A stretch of DNA of 64,000 nt, from assembly GCA_051294905.1 (NCBI GenBank), contig CM119373.1, forward strand, positions 2,358,001 to 2,422,000. Reading direction: 5' to 3'. Below the pieces are notes generated by a model. That model ran no database searches. It had not been told where the DNA came from and saw only the letters and a list, made by a program, of their open reading frames with translations. Made by a program: the position numbers and the translations under genes. This document shows, piece by piece, positions 12,344-24,619 of this stretch (the first letter of the stretch is position 1; each line of letters opens with the position of its first letter). The stretch is from Botryllus schlosseri. Taxonomy: Eukaryota.

Positions 12344-13709
12344 ATAGAACAGACAAATGGTATCTCAGAGACGCATCTCATGAATCAAAAAACCGCGCCT
12401 AAAGCTCGTGGAAGACATTGTGGAAGGACCCAGGCTGTCGTCAAACTATAGATAACTAACCTACGGATAGATGGGCAGCACGAGAGTCACGGTCGAGTGA
12501 TGCGACAACGGCAGATTTGTTGTCGATTCATAGCATGAAACGGGAGCGTAATTGCTAATCCTATAGATGACGACCCAAGCGCTCGAATTAAATAAAGTTG
12601 ATCTTATTTGAAAGCTACAGTCGCGCTGATTCTGATAATACACATTAAATTTTCATCAAGGCAATGGAACCACCCCGAAATAGCCTTCAAAATATGAAAA
12701 TCGGCATTGTTCTAAAACAATTGCAACGGCGCAGCACAATGGCCATAACAACGGTCCGTGCGTGGTTGCGATTGTTTAGAACAATGCCGATTTTCATATT
12801 TTGAAGGCTATTTCGGGGTGGTTCCATTGCCTTGATGAAAATTTAATGTATATTATCAGAATCAGCGCGACTGTAGCTTTCAGATAAGATCAACTTTATT
12901 TAATTTGAGCGCTTGGGTCGTCATCTATAGGATTAGCAATTACGCTCCCGTTTCATGCTATGAATCGACAACAAATCTGCCGTTGTCGCATCACTCGACC
13001 GTGACTCTCGTGCTGCCCATCTATCCGTAGGTTAGTTATCTATAGTCAAACGCTGATTCTCCTGTATTTCCTTGTGGGTGATCTCATTGCTTTCATCTGC
13101 GTCTCATTCCCAGTTGCGGTTATGCCCGAAGTAATACTGGCGAGAGGTGAGACGGAGATGCAGTCCGACATGGTGCTGCAAATCACCCCTCTCGCGATGG
13201 CGATCAGTAGCCTGTTGTTTGGAATATACCAAATTTATATGAACAGTAAAAGCTTGCTTCTTTCGAGTTTGTCCTGTTACGTCATCGGTGAAATGTGTTT
13301 TGGGTTATTGGATTACTCGGAAAGCGCGAATATACTGGTTGCCGGAGCCACAACAATACGATGTCTACAATGAATCGCTTAAGGGCCTTATTTCGTTGCC
13401 GAACTTACCATCTTTTGTCTTGAGTATCCTGATCACATAGAACACAAGTGTATGGGATGGCGCAATCCATGGCAGCGATCGGTTATATCACGGGTTTATT
13501 GATAGGGAGTATACTATACACCGTAATTTTGAAGGTCTGCTGCTACCTTTTGTAATTTCCGGTGGTATTATGGCTCCTCTCGTCCCGTTTGGATACTTTC
13601 TGCCCGGTTCTTATACTGCGAGAAAAATGATGGAATCCGAAGTTCGCAAATAATGAAGGTCATTCATAAACCTCTTGCGAATTTAATTCTGGGAAGTACT
13701 TGTCCGGCA
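12344..13709 (+). pseudogene. MFS transporter pseudogene (5' ~60%), interrupted by a foldback element
   Basis: Colinear with MFS-A: AAAGCTCGTGGAAGACATTGTGGAAGGAC, ORF 13074-13373 is paralogous, and homology continues to GGAAGTACTTGTC. Start codon is ATA, a 600-bp insertion sits at 12446-13045, there is a premature TGA at 13371 with several indels, and it is truncated at about 13709. Confidence 0.9.
12446..13045. mobile_element. 600-bp foldback/MITE with ~280-bp inverted arms and 5-bp TSD (TCAAA)
   Basis: Begins CTATAGATAACTAACCTACGGATAG and ends CTATCCGTAGGTTAGTTATCTATAG. TCAAA sits at 12441-12445 and 13046-13050, and the intact paralog has a single TCAAA. Confidence 0.92.
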
Positions 13710-14780
13710 CAATTTTCCGCTTTTAGAAATAGTATTTCTCTTTCAATTCCCAGTATCATACTTTTAGTTCTAATTAGTCTCAGTTCTTTTTTTCTGGAGA
13801 ACATACATGTTGAAGTATAAAAGCAAGTGTAGTAATGCCTTTAATTTCCGGAAATAAAGCTGCACATGGCATTTTTACGATCCACTATATTTTTTATTAA
13901 CGTTTACTAATCGCGCAAAATCTTTACACCGTATTAAATTAACTTCTCCGTATTGCTCTTCGCATAAACTACGAGCCTTATAAAATGGGGGAGGGCGCCA
14001 TACCATGATATTTTCTAAAACGGGCTGTTCGCGTAAACAGAGAATTAATGTTGATACTCCGTGGAAACAGCCTCGAAATTCCTCAGGCTATCTTCCTGAT
14101 TAGAGGAATAAACTACTTCTACTTGACAAAGTGTAAATAGCGAAAAGTAGCGGGAAATTAGATCTACTTGAGTAAGTACCCAAGTTACTGAAAACAACTT
14201 GAGTACTTCGAAAAAGTAGAAGTTCATCGTTACTGACCACCTCTGTAGCCACGGGTCATGAAGCTATGTCATAGTTAGTGCGTTGACGCCATCCATCACA
14301 ACACTTCCACTGGTCCAGGAAGAGTTGTTGTTGATGTTGTTGTTTATTGTACAAAAATATTCTTTAGAACCACATGAAATAGGCGTCACGGTCACCGCTC
14401 AATATATGTGGGAACATCTGTATCTATTTGCAGCGCCATATTCATATTGCGTTAGTCGCGATGATGCATCTTGCAATTTCCAAAGTAGCCAATCACTAAT
14501 GATCTGCCAAACGTATGTCAACCTTGTAGACCTAAGCTAAGTTCCTAAACTGCTCACTTCACCTCATTTCAGACCATACATTTGCTAGTTGTTACTCCCT
14601 CTTGAAGTAGTTTTGATGCATCATGAAAATCATTACGCCTACTTGAAAATTAGTGGAAATTTACTATTTGTCTTCTGCTTTGGTAGCAACACCGACCACT
14701 TAGTTAGAGCGTCTCCCCTCGCAGTACGTAAATGAAATGTCTGCAACATCGGAGATATATTCCACTGTCGAGCCTATAGG

Positions 14781-17700
14781 CAGGGCCGTATAACTGCCGC
14801 ACCCCAAACCCCCCAATTGGGGGGGCCCGAGCTCGAAGGGGGCCCCAAATTTTTTGATGAATTATCATAAATTATAGAGTATTTTTTGAAACTTTATGCA
14901 ACTTTTTCAAAAATTTTTCGCGCTGCGCGCGATTTATAGTTGCCAAATGTTATGATTATTGTGTACTCTCCCCCCAAGGAAAAATACGCAAGATTTATAG
15001 AAATGGGCATATCGGCGTTGGCCATTACCGCGCCACGACGCACCAAGACGTATACAGTTTCAGGCCATGTAACACATGACTCCAAGAAGTGTGCCAGAAC
15101 GATCGGCAGCGAGAAACCTTGGCCGAAAAGGACTGCCCTTATGGTGACCGAAAACTTCGTTATAAGTTGACTACGAAATACATACAGGTTTATTTGTCCA
15201 TAGGCGCCTAAATGACTGGCGCCGAATGTTCCTGTCTTGGCAATCTGAACCTCACAAGACAAATTCCATCCCGCAGGGAAAAATTAGATGCCAGTGAAGA
15301 AATACCAATTTGAAATCGTGTGATCTTTTAGTTTAGTACGTTTTGGCGATTCTATATTTTTTGATATAGCAGACAGGAGGTCACGAAATAACATCATGTA
15401 ACGAAGTCATACCAACGAGTCCGCCTGTCAGAAGATGTTTAATTACACTGGTCAACACATATTTTTAGGCAGACAAAGTAAGAGTGGTTTTGGGGGTTCC
15501 GAAGGGCACTGATTCCGAATATGACCTTACTTTTTTCAAATTGGCTCTTATTGTGGAGATAACCCATGGGGCTGTTTTGACCAAAATCTCCCAATTTCGC
15601 GGTAATGACTAGATATAAAATCGGCTAAGTGGTACTATAAAGTTTAGAAATTCAATCTACTTGTTATTTTTACACACAGAAGACTATATTAAATCAAAAT
15701 ACAGCAACAGCAGTATATTTTGGGGTATTAGATTTATCATAATTACAGACTTTCACGGATATTGTTATGTTCTTGATCTTGTTTGAACAATAACTCAATG
15801 CGACGAGGTTGCAATACAGAATCAGTATATTATCAGCAGAATAACTTTACGGCAGCGACGCGATCCAGAGTGCAGTTAAATGAAAGACCAGTAAATGACA
15901 GAACACGGGGTATAAATACAACGCAAGGCACACGAGGAAATAATGATTGGTGCTAATTACTAGTCCTATACAAAATAGAGTGAAACGATACCAACGTAAT
16001 TACACGAACATAACAGATATCATGTACATAAATAAACTCCAGTCATGTATAGAAGTATTTACCTAGATACTCAAATAACGTGGCATTAAATCAATCAGTT
16101 TTACGTCAACCACCTATTGTAAATTTGAAATAATCAGTTGGAATACAATATTATTGATATATTTTATATCGAAATTGTTTTTTTGTACGATTTTCGCCTG
16201 AAAGCTATTTAGTGCAGTTTCTCGAAAGGTTCCGGCAACGGTCTGACATAATATGATCAATGGTTCATCTCATCTGGCCTGGTATCTTTCTTTTGTTGTT
16301 CTAATGTCTTGTTAGAACCTCTCCCCTTGCTAATCAACATGATGATCGGGAAATATATCAAGATGACTGAACAGGAAGTGAACTTTTATGCTCATGTTTG
16401 TTCCAAGTTTTCGATATGCAGATGCGAATTTTCGACCAACTGTTTGTAGTTGGGTGCTTTGTGATCAGCTAAAAAGTTTTATTTACTACATCTTAGGAGA
16501 AATAAAATGCTGTGAACTCCTCCTAATGTGAAATTGGAATCTTTCATCGGTATTCGAATATACCATAGATACCAGATTTAAGCTTCTCGTTTGATAGGGT
16601 TACTAGGTATACCCACTTCGTTGACTCAGTGGAAAATTATCCATTTACCAGTCAAAAGAAATGAGACACATATAAGTATTGTAGTTAATTAAGCCTTTCA
16701 AGGACAAATTTTATAGTTTTATACTCCTCTTTAATCTTGGTCGAATGACCAATTGATACAGGAGAATATGAATTTCCGTTTTGGAAAAGTACAATTTTTA
16801 GGCTTGACAAACTGCTTTTTTGACAAACAAATATTTCACATCATGCCATGTTAATATTGATAGAATGACTGAGAATGACATCAGGGTTCTTCATAGTCAA
16901 TTAGCCATTTATGCGCAGTATAAAATTAGAAAAAACTACGATTTTCTTCACGCCAAGTAAAATATTTAAGGGTAAATACAGTAATTTTGGGCTTTTTTAG
17001 GGGTATAAATATCTTCTGACAGAGAGCCAATCTGACAAAACTAATGTGATATTCGTAATCAGCAACCTCAAAACCCCAGAAACGGCTCTCAGATGTTCTG
17101 CCTAAAAAAAAATTTCATTTTGATTTATTTACGGGCTCTACAGTTTTAAAGACACCTCACTCAGCTCTACCGGTAAAATCTGATTACGTGAGTAGAGAGG
17201 ACAAGAAATTGATAGCAATATGTATGCAATTCCCGATCTTATTGACCGATTTTATCTTAAATTATCAAAAATTTTCGCGCTTGGTGCTGGCTAACTGAAC
17301 AGTACAACTGTAATTTCGTGGCAAACGCGAACAACGTGATTGGGGGGGGGGGCGGTTTATCACCTTATGGGTTCCATAAGGACTCAAGTTTTTTGGGGGG
17401 CCTGACGAAGTGCTGTTTCGTTCCTGCCAACGGGTACACACCCAGAGATGTTAAATTTTTATTGAGGGGTCCTACCTTTTCAAGCACATCTTACTCAGCT
17501 CTACCGGTAAATTAGATTACGGGTGCAGAGAGAGGATAAAAATTCATAGCAATATATAAGCAATACCGATCATATTGACAGATTCAGTCATGAACTACAG
17601 AAATTTCTCGCGCGATTAAGCAAGCAAAGCTGACTCACTAAACGGACACCCAATGTATAAACAGCGTCATATTGACGTATTCAGTCATGAATTATACAAA

Positions 17701-17892
17701 TTTCTCGCGCTAACGCGATTAGGCAAGCAAGGCAGACTCACTAAACGGACACCCAATGAAGAAACAGCGTATAGTCGGAAAGGGGGTCTGGGGGGCGAAG
17801 CCCCCCAGACGTTCGCTTTACCACCCTATGGGGGGCCCAAGACCAACGTTTTTTTTTGGGGGGGGGGCTGACGAGGTGCTGTTACGGCCCTG
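14781..17892 (+). mobile_element. hAT non-autonomous element, TIR CAGGGCCGTA, carrying a nested Chapaev3-like insertion
   Basis: Perfect TSD CCTATAGG; colinear with the uninterrupted inverted copy at 58999-60290. Confidence 0.9.
15446..17123 (-). mobile_element. Decayed Chapaev3-like DNA transposon
   Basis: Left end CACTGGTCAACA...TTTTTAGGCAGA has an inverted counterpart near 17030-17110. The minus strand at ~16260-16390 reads KVHFLFSHLDIFP...QGERF.QDIRTTKERYQ, the motif I recall for Chapaev3 transposases. It is absent from the 58999-60290 copy of the host. Confidence 0.7.
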
Positions 17893-18859
17893 CCTATAGG
17901 TTAACATGCGACTTCGCGAAGTGTGTTATCAAATAAAATATTGGGTGAAAATGACCGCCGCATGTTGGCCGAAACCATAAATATATATATTGCCAATTGT
18001 CCATTGTTCGTAGGCGTGGAATAGTCCGGCACTTGCTATCTGAAGTAACCACGTCCCTCAGCTCTACCAGTGAATCTGATCACGTGGACTGAGAGAGGAT
18101 GAAAATGTATTAGCAATATATGGAACTACCAATTTTATAGACAAAATTCAATCCTGAATATTAAATGTTTTTGCGCTTCGCGAGAATACGTATGCACATA
18201 GAAAATTCCCTATAAAACGTGCTTTTATGGTAGTGGTAATAGGTCCGCCGGGAGAAGTGGTGGTCCTATGGCGGGCAAGACCAACATTTTAGGAGGGAGC
18301 TGACGAATTACTGTTTCGTCCCTGGTTTTACCAAAATATGCATGAGGTGCACCAGTACCAATGTATATATATATTACTCTGGTGCATACTTGATACAGCC
18401 AAATTGTCACAATAAAGCAATGGTTTACAGTCTGCGTGTGAAGTTGGCGAATTCTTTATTTAGCAATCATCAGCTTCTCTAACCAGACCTGCGTAGAGTT
18501 TCTGAATCTTTTTTATAATTAACTACCGATTATATTCATACATGAAACGGTATGGAATATAAGGCAGTATTAGTTGGTGTTAACGACTTTAGGGGTTCGC
18601 CATACCAAAAAGGTTGAAGAGCACTGCCCCAGTGTATAGGTGTGACCTAATTCGGATTTATATCGGGCGTATCATCTTTACAAAGCTGCATATCGATCAT
18701 ACATACCACGCTAATAACACTAAGCCTAACTCCACGCAAGCGGTGCAGATGAACACCACTGGTAATGAAAATAAGTTGTGTAATAGCGATCCGGAAAAAA
18801 GAAGGCTGAATGGTCCCACACTGGTAGCTAAATTCCATGCTACGGACACCGCTCTATGA

Positions 18860-19089
18860 AACGCGAAGTCCTTTTCCGCGGTACACCAGACCTATACTCG
18901 TCATTTTTATTCCGTAGCTGTCGCCTTGTAGTACGGTCCACTTCAAGACTTTTACAAAGATACCGCTTACGCGGATAGGATGGGGTGGATGTGCCTGGAT
19001 AAACCTCCAATACATAGGCAGGTATTCAGGAGTCATCCTCGGCCAGACTCGAGCCCACAACCTATTGGTGCTACCGCTATCTCGCCACG
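18860..19089 (-). mobile_element. tRNA-derived SINE copy truncating the inverted MFS fragment
   Basis: GTGGCGAGATAGCG...GGGCTCGAGTCTGGCCGAGG; body shared with 24620-24886. Confidence 0.7.
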
Positions 19090-19092
19090 GTT

Positions 19093-19495
19093 CCCGCGTT
19101 TGATTTGGAGTATATGCAATATACATCACTGGGTAGGCCAGTAACTCAATCACGCCAACGGTCCAGAGTGCGCTACACGGCTTGCCTCGCGACGTATACT
19201 GGCAATGATTCCATTGAATAACGAAGTAATCCCGTATACGTCAGCCCGGATGATAGCAGCGTCAACCCAACTTCAACCACCGTTGGCCCGCGTCACAGCG
19301 TATACACACTTCGCAAAACGATTACCAACCTGATACCACCTTCCGCCTTGCAAGTGCTCCTTAGAATTTAAATCCCGGCCGGATTGCGAATGACCTTCCA
19401 TCTTTTTAAACTCCTTTCTCTGTCATTCTGCGCACAGTATCTCGCGAAAAGGAAGTACCCGTAGGGGGTAAGAGGAATCATAATCCCTCCCTCCC
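19093..19495 (-). pseudogene. Inverted internal fragment of an MFS paralog
   Basis: The minus strand reads approximately GGIMIPLTPYGYFLFARYCAQN...STC.AEGG...GPTVVEVGL...GIIAS...YTPNQTR with stops and frameshifts, matching MFS-A/B residues ~215-340. A SINE at about 19089 cuts its 3' side. Confidence 0.8.
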
Positions 19496-19589
19496 GAAAT
19501 CCCGAAAAAGGTTGGGAACCACTGACTTACACACTAGATCTACATCTACAACTACATCAAGCAAAAATAGGATGATTGTTTCAGATCTA

Positions 19590-19790
19590 ATCAAAGAAAA
19601 TATGTTAGACGATAAAGTGGAAAGATATTTCGCCGCTCAGCGTGAGAGCATGGACTGTGATGTTTTTAGTTACTGGAAAAGAGATAATCATATCCTCATT
19701 TCAACGCTGCTGCTCGAGAACTCGTAGGCATGACTGCAACATCAGCTCCACCGGAAAGAGTTGATAGTCATGCAGGAAAACTGTGTAGTG
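19590..19790 (+). mobile_element. hAT transposase dimerisation-domain remnant
   Basis: DVFSYWK...YPHFNAAARELVGMTATSAPPERVDSHAG across one frameshift. Confidence 0.7.
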
Positions 19791-20401
19791 CAGGGGTCGC
19801 CAACTCGAAACGCGACGCGGGAGACTTTTCAACTTGCGTAGAGGCCGTGGTACGCAAGAATGTAATATCGAGACAAAATAGGCCACACAATTGAGCAACC
19901 TCATTTTTAAAACTTTACCTTAGTACAATGCCGTGCTCACCTACATGGGCGATGGGCATGGTTACCACAAAAGAAGTGATATTTTATTAAAGAAGTACAA
20001 ATACAACAAGAAATATCTTGATCGAGCCAAGTTTGGTGTACAGACGTTAACCCTTATCAAGCTTATCTGAAGGCACTGTGATTTAATATGAGCCGAACTT
20101 GATTTTTGCTGCTTGCCTATTTCTATCTCATTCATAATTTCATTCAATTTCCAAGTTTTTGTGATTTCAGTAATTCTAATTTTAATATAATTTGACGAAA
20201 AAAACAACACGTGTAGCTCTAATTTGAATTATAATTTAATTCGAAACAGCAGTGTAGCTCCAATTCTAATTCTAATCTAATTTGGAAAAGCTGGAGATTT
20301 TCTAGTTGTCCAAGTCTACTACAAAATGTCAAATGTCAAATGATAAGTTCACTGATAGTGCAAACATCTACGTTGCAAACGAAATTTGGACTTTGTAAAT
20401 A

Positions 20402-22616
20402 TAGGGTTAGTTCGGATATCAATAATTTCACCATCCGGATAACGGATATATCCGTATATATAGAATTTATCTAACCGGTTAACCGGAAAATAGCTGCTAA
20501 ATGCGACAATCGATTTCACGAGGTTTGCATGAGAAATGGATCGTTAATCAATAAATAGTGTTATTGTTGATCTACATACACGCGCAGTATGAGCGAATAA
20601 TAGAAAAATCACGCAAATTTAATGTTTACTTCTTCTGCAACGCCCTCCTTATAAAGCACAATGCATCAATTGAGGAATCCTGTAGACTGGACCGGAGTTT
20701 TGTAGCAAAGAGTCCACTTGCACTGAATGCTCTTTCTGCTTCCACAGAAGTGGGCTGAATAGTAAGCAGCGCTTCGTAGAGAGTCTGAAGGTTGTCAGGT
20801 CCTTTCCCAGAAGCTTTAAAGACTTTACATTCCTTTTGGACCATTCGTTTGTTTAGGTTTGGAGTACTGAAAGGACGAGTAGCTGATACTAGAACTTAAG
20901 CCGACATGAAAGCTCGCTCGAATTCCTCATTGAGGAATTCACGTGATTAGGCGTGTCGTCAGTCGAAGTATAAGGGGGAGGGGAGGGGGGGTCGATTTTG
21001 TTCGAATTAAGTATCAGTGGAAATCAATTACGACTGTACGCACGCTCATGTTTGCGAATATTCGCTGTCATTCAGTTTCGCGGTGTCACTCGTTAATCAA
21101 AATCGATAATCAGCATACACTTGACAGGATATTGTCTCCAAGCCATCGCGAGATAGAAGCCAACGCATGTTAGGCCGAGACGCGATACTTAGGCCGGAGA
21201 CATAATAGCTAGGCCAGCGATGATATCTTTCGTACCGGGTTTATTGTAGATGAGATTGTATAGGCCAGCGATAATATCGTGTTCACCAAGCCAATACAGA
21301 TGCGATTGTGCAGGCCAGCGATTGTATAGCAGTGTTGGGATCAAGTCACTACATTCGGGTCACGAGTCATTTCGAGTCATGGCACACTTTGACTCGAGTC
21401 AAGTCAAGTCAATCGATTTTCGGAGGTGACCCGAGTCAAGTCGAGTCAAGTCAAGTCAAGTCACGAGTCAAGTCACAATTCAAGTCAAGTATCCTTTAAA
21501 AAGTAGGAGGCATGATTACGTCATTGTATTTTTCCAGCTGTTTGAAACACAGATTGAGTGGTCATTGATTCCGAACCCATGAACGAATATAAAGTTAAAT
21601 ATACACGCAAGAAGGCGCTGTATATCGCTCATATATACGTAGAACTGGTAAACTACGTAAGTAAGCCTCAGTTTACAGTTACCACCCGAAATAAAAAATA
21701 AACAAACGTATGGATAAAATGCAATACATTTCCGATTTATACATATTGATATGATAAAATTCGAGCCTGCGCTAATGGTCGAGGAGTATATAAACTATCT
21801 TCAATTTCAGTAAAACAAGAGGTTTGGTTAAGTTAACAACAGAGAACAGAAATAGATATTTTGCTATTAAATTACTTTACTACTAGTTCACGACAACGTA
21901 AACTGCAAGCTTCGATCACTTCGTTTATGGTCAATTTATTTGTGAGAGAACAATGGAGGTTCGGTAAAACGCACAATCAATGAATGATTGGTCGCTCTCA
22001 CAAGTTACACCAGCGTTTCGCGAACAATCCGAACGTATGCAAGATACAGAGATTTTTCTCGACGCCGATTACTTGATGATGACTTGAAATTGACTCGTGA
22101 GTTTTGCTCCGAGTCACGAGTCAATCTACATTTCTGATGTGCCGAGTCAAGTCAAGTCAAGTCATTTTAGCAAAGTGACTCGAGTCAAGTCAAGTCATAC
22201 CAAAAAGGTGACTCGAGTCCTCCCAACACTGTTCCATAGTGCGCACTGGGCCTATTGCAGATGCGATTCTTCAAGCCAGCGGAAATAGGATTGTTGAAGA
22301 CGCTGTAATTCAGGCCAGCGACGATTATCGAGCGCGTGGCAATCAAAGACCAAATTTTGCGATCATCTCAGCGGGAGACCGCGTCGCGTTACATTGTGCA
22401 GTGCACAGACGAATCTCGTTAATTGGCAACGCGCTTCTCGCTAGTTGACCGCGCGCAACACTGATAAAACGACTTATGGAAACTTACTACAAATTGTAAA
22501 ACGTATCAGCAACGATACTCTTTTATCTGGTTACCCGACATAATCATATTCAGATATCAGATAGAGAAAACAACTGCGGTTAATCGGTTAACCGTTATCC
22601 AGATAATCCGACCCTA
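20402..22616 (-). mobile_element. hAT deletion derivative (TAGGGTT...ACCCTA) with transposase C-terminal remnant
   Basis: ORF 20626-20844 LLTIQPTSVEAERAFSASG...RSSLQDSSIDALCF; CGGATA subterminal repeats; TTTGTAAA flanks both ends approximately. Confidence 0.8.
21330..22231. mobile_element. hAT MITE, TIR CAGTGTTGGGA, AAGTC-repeat family
   Basis: Both TIRs present; degenerate TSD TTGTATAG/TTCCATAG; nested within 20402-22616. Confidence 0.8.
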
Positions 22617-23177
22617 TTTGTAAACAATTTTGACATTTTTTTGACCCAACGCTACAATTCTGAAAATAGTTTGACTTTTTTTGCAATGTCGAAAAGTCGC
22701 CAATGTGATGGTTGAGCTTGTTTTCTCTCTCTGGAACCCCGATATGAAATAAACAGTACATAACAAAGAATTCTGGATTCGACCTCGCTTGGATCCGAAC
22801 ACGGAGCCCCACGGTATTGTATATGTGCATCATTTTACTGTGGCTGGTTATCTCAGTTACCAACGAGCAAAATTAATGCATTGTTCACATCAAACTATAT
22901 AGTATATACGAAGGAATCCATTCAAACCAATACCGCATTGAAACAAAACTTGTAACGAAAAGTAAAACCAGATTCACGTTTCATGACCGATCATTATGAT
23001 CAATAAGAAATCGATTTTATTGCAGTGAAATCACAACATAAACAGAAAGGTTTCATAACACTTTAGTGTGAGTCGAGGTGAAGACATACTAATGCCAAAG
23101 AATTGCAATTCGCATCGAGATTATAGCATGTGCGGAAGAATAGAACTATATGAACAGAGTAGAACATTGATTCCTAA

Positions 23178-24555
23178 CAGTGATGAGCGGATAGTGCTTT
23201 TCGAGACTCCGAATCCCTCCGACGACTTTAGTGTCCAAGGAAAACTCCCTCCGACTCCGAAGAGCTCAATCCCAGACTCCGAGATACTCCGATGAATCTC
23301 GTCAATTATCCGAAACAGTGGCAAGCGTGGTCTGCTGAGGCTATGTAATCACTTACGTAGTATAACAGTTCTACGTATATGTGAGTGATACAGCGCCTTC
23401 TTGTGCGTATATTTACCTCTATATTCGTTCATCGGCTCGGATTCAATGACCACTCAATCTGTATTTCAGAGACAGCTAGCAAAATGCAATGACGTAATCA
23501 TGCCTCATACTTCGAAAAGGCAACTTGACTTGAATTGTGACTTGACTCGTGACTTGACTTGACTTGACTCGACTTGACTCGAGTCACCGCCAAAAATCGA
23601 GTGACTTGACTTGACTCGAGTCACTTTCGAAAATCGATTGACTTGACTTGACTCGAGTCAAAATGTGCAATGACTCGAAATGACTCGTGACTCGAAGGTA
23701 GTGACTTGATCCCAACACTGCCTCATAGTATTATCTACTCTTCAGCCCCCCATTGCAGTGCAGATCAGTGATGCGCGGATAGTGCTTTTCGAGACTCCGA
23801 ATCCCTCCGACGACTTTAGTGTCCAAGGAAAACTCCCTCCGACTCCGAAGAGCTCAATCCCAGACTCCGAGATACTCCGATGAATCTCGTCAATTATCCG
23901 AAACAGTGGCAAGCGTGGTACATGGTACAACATGTTATATGTGATAATATGGTTGGCCTCATAGTATTATCTACTCTTCAGCCCCCCATTGCAGTGCAGA
24001 TGGCTGATTTTTATGCACTTGGCAATCATTTTTGCATACTACCCGTCATATTACAACTTTACAAGGTGTCAACTGTCTGTGTTTTGGTTTGTAATCATAT
24101 TCAACGGTGTATTCTGGTCAGAGCTATTCAAAGATATCGGAGACGACGTTACAATATACTCCGAAATTCTCCGAAAAAATATCTGTAGTAAACTCCGACT
24201 CCGCTCCGACTGTCAGAAAATCGGCAAAACTTTGCTCCGAATCCACTCCGACTCCGCTCCGATGCTCATCACTGGTGCAGATGGCTGATTTTTATGCACT
24301 TGGCAATCATTTTTGCATACTACCCGTCATATTACAACTTTACAAGGTGTCAACTGTCTGTGTTTTGGTTTGTAATCATATTCAACGGTGTATTCTGGTC
24401 AGAGCTATTCAAAGATATCGGAGACGACGTTACAATATACTCCGAAATTCTCCGAAAAAATATCTGTAGTAAACTCCGACTCCGCTCCGACTGTCAGAAA
24501 ATCGGCAAAACTTTGCTCCGAATCCACTCCGACTCCGCTCCGATGCTCATCACTG
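23178..24555. mobile_element. hAT MITE, TIR CAGTGATGAGC (outer copy)
   Basis: Perfect TSD ATTCCTAA; ACTCCG subterminal repeats. Contains a same-family copy (23766-24274) and a CAGTGTTGGGA-family end (~23331-23720). Confidence 0.9.
23766..24274. mobile_element. Same-family MITE inserted into its own relative (509 bp)
   Basis: Perfect TSD GTGCAGAT (23758-23765, 24275-24282); near-identical to the outer copy. Confidence 0.92.
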
Positions 24556-24619
24556 ATTCCTAAACTGGGCGATAGCGACATGTGGCATGTTTAGACTGTT
24601 TATACTGTCCACAGTAACT

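Noticed and set aside
14894..15262. Recurrent ORF MSCEVQIAKTGTFG (also at 40122 and 59700)
   Set aside because: Internal sequence of the CAGGGCCGTA MITE; reading frames are not preserved among copies.
23520..23720. GACTT/GACTCGAGTC arrays as CRISPR or satellite
   Set aside because: No unique spacers or cas genes, eukaryotic context; they are subterminal repeats of TIR elements.
23880..24594. Tandemly duplicated small ORFs
   Set aside because: Explained by the self-inserted MITE with two distinct TSDs; no protein motifs.
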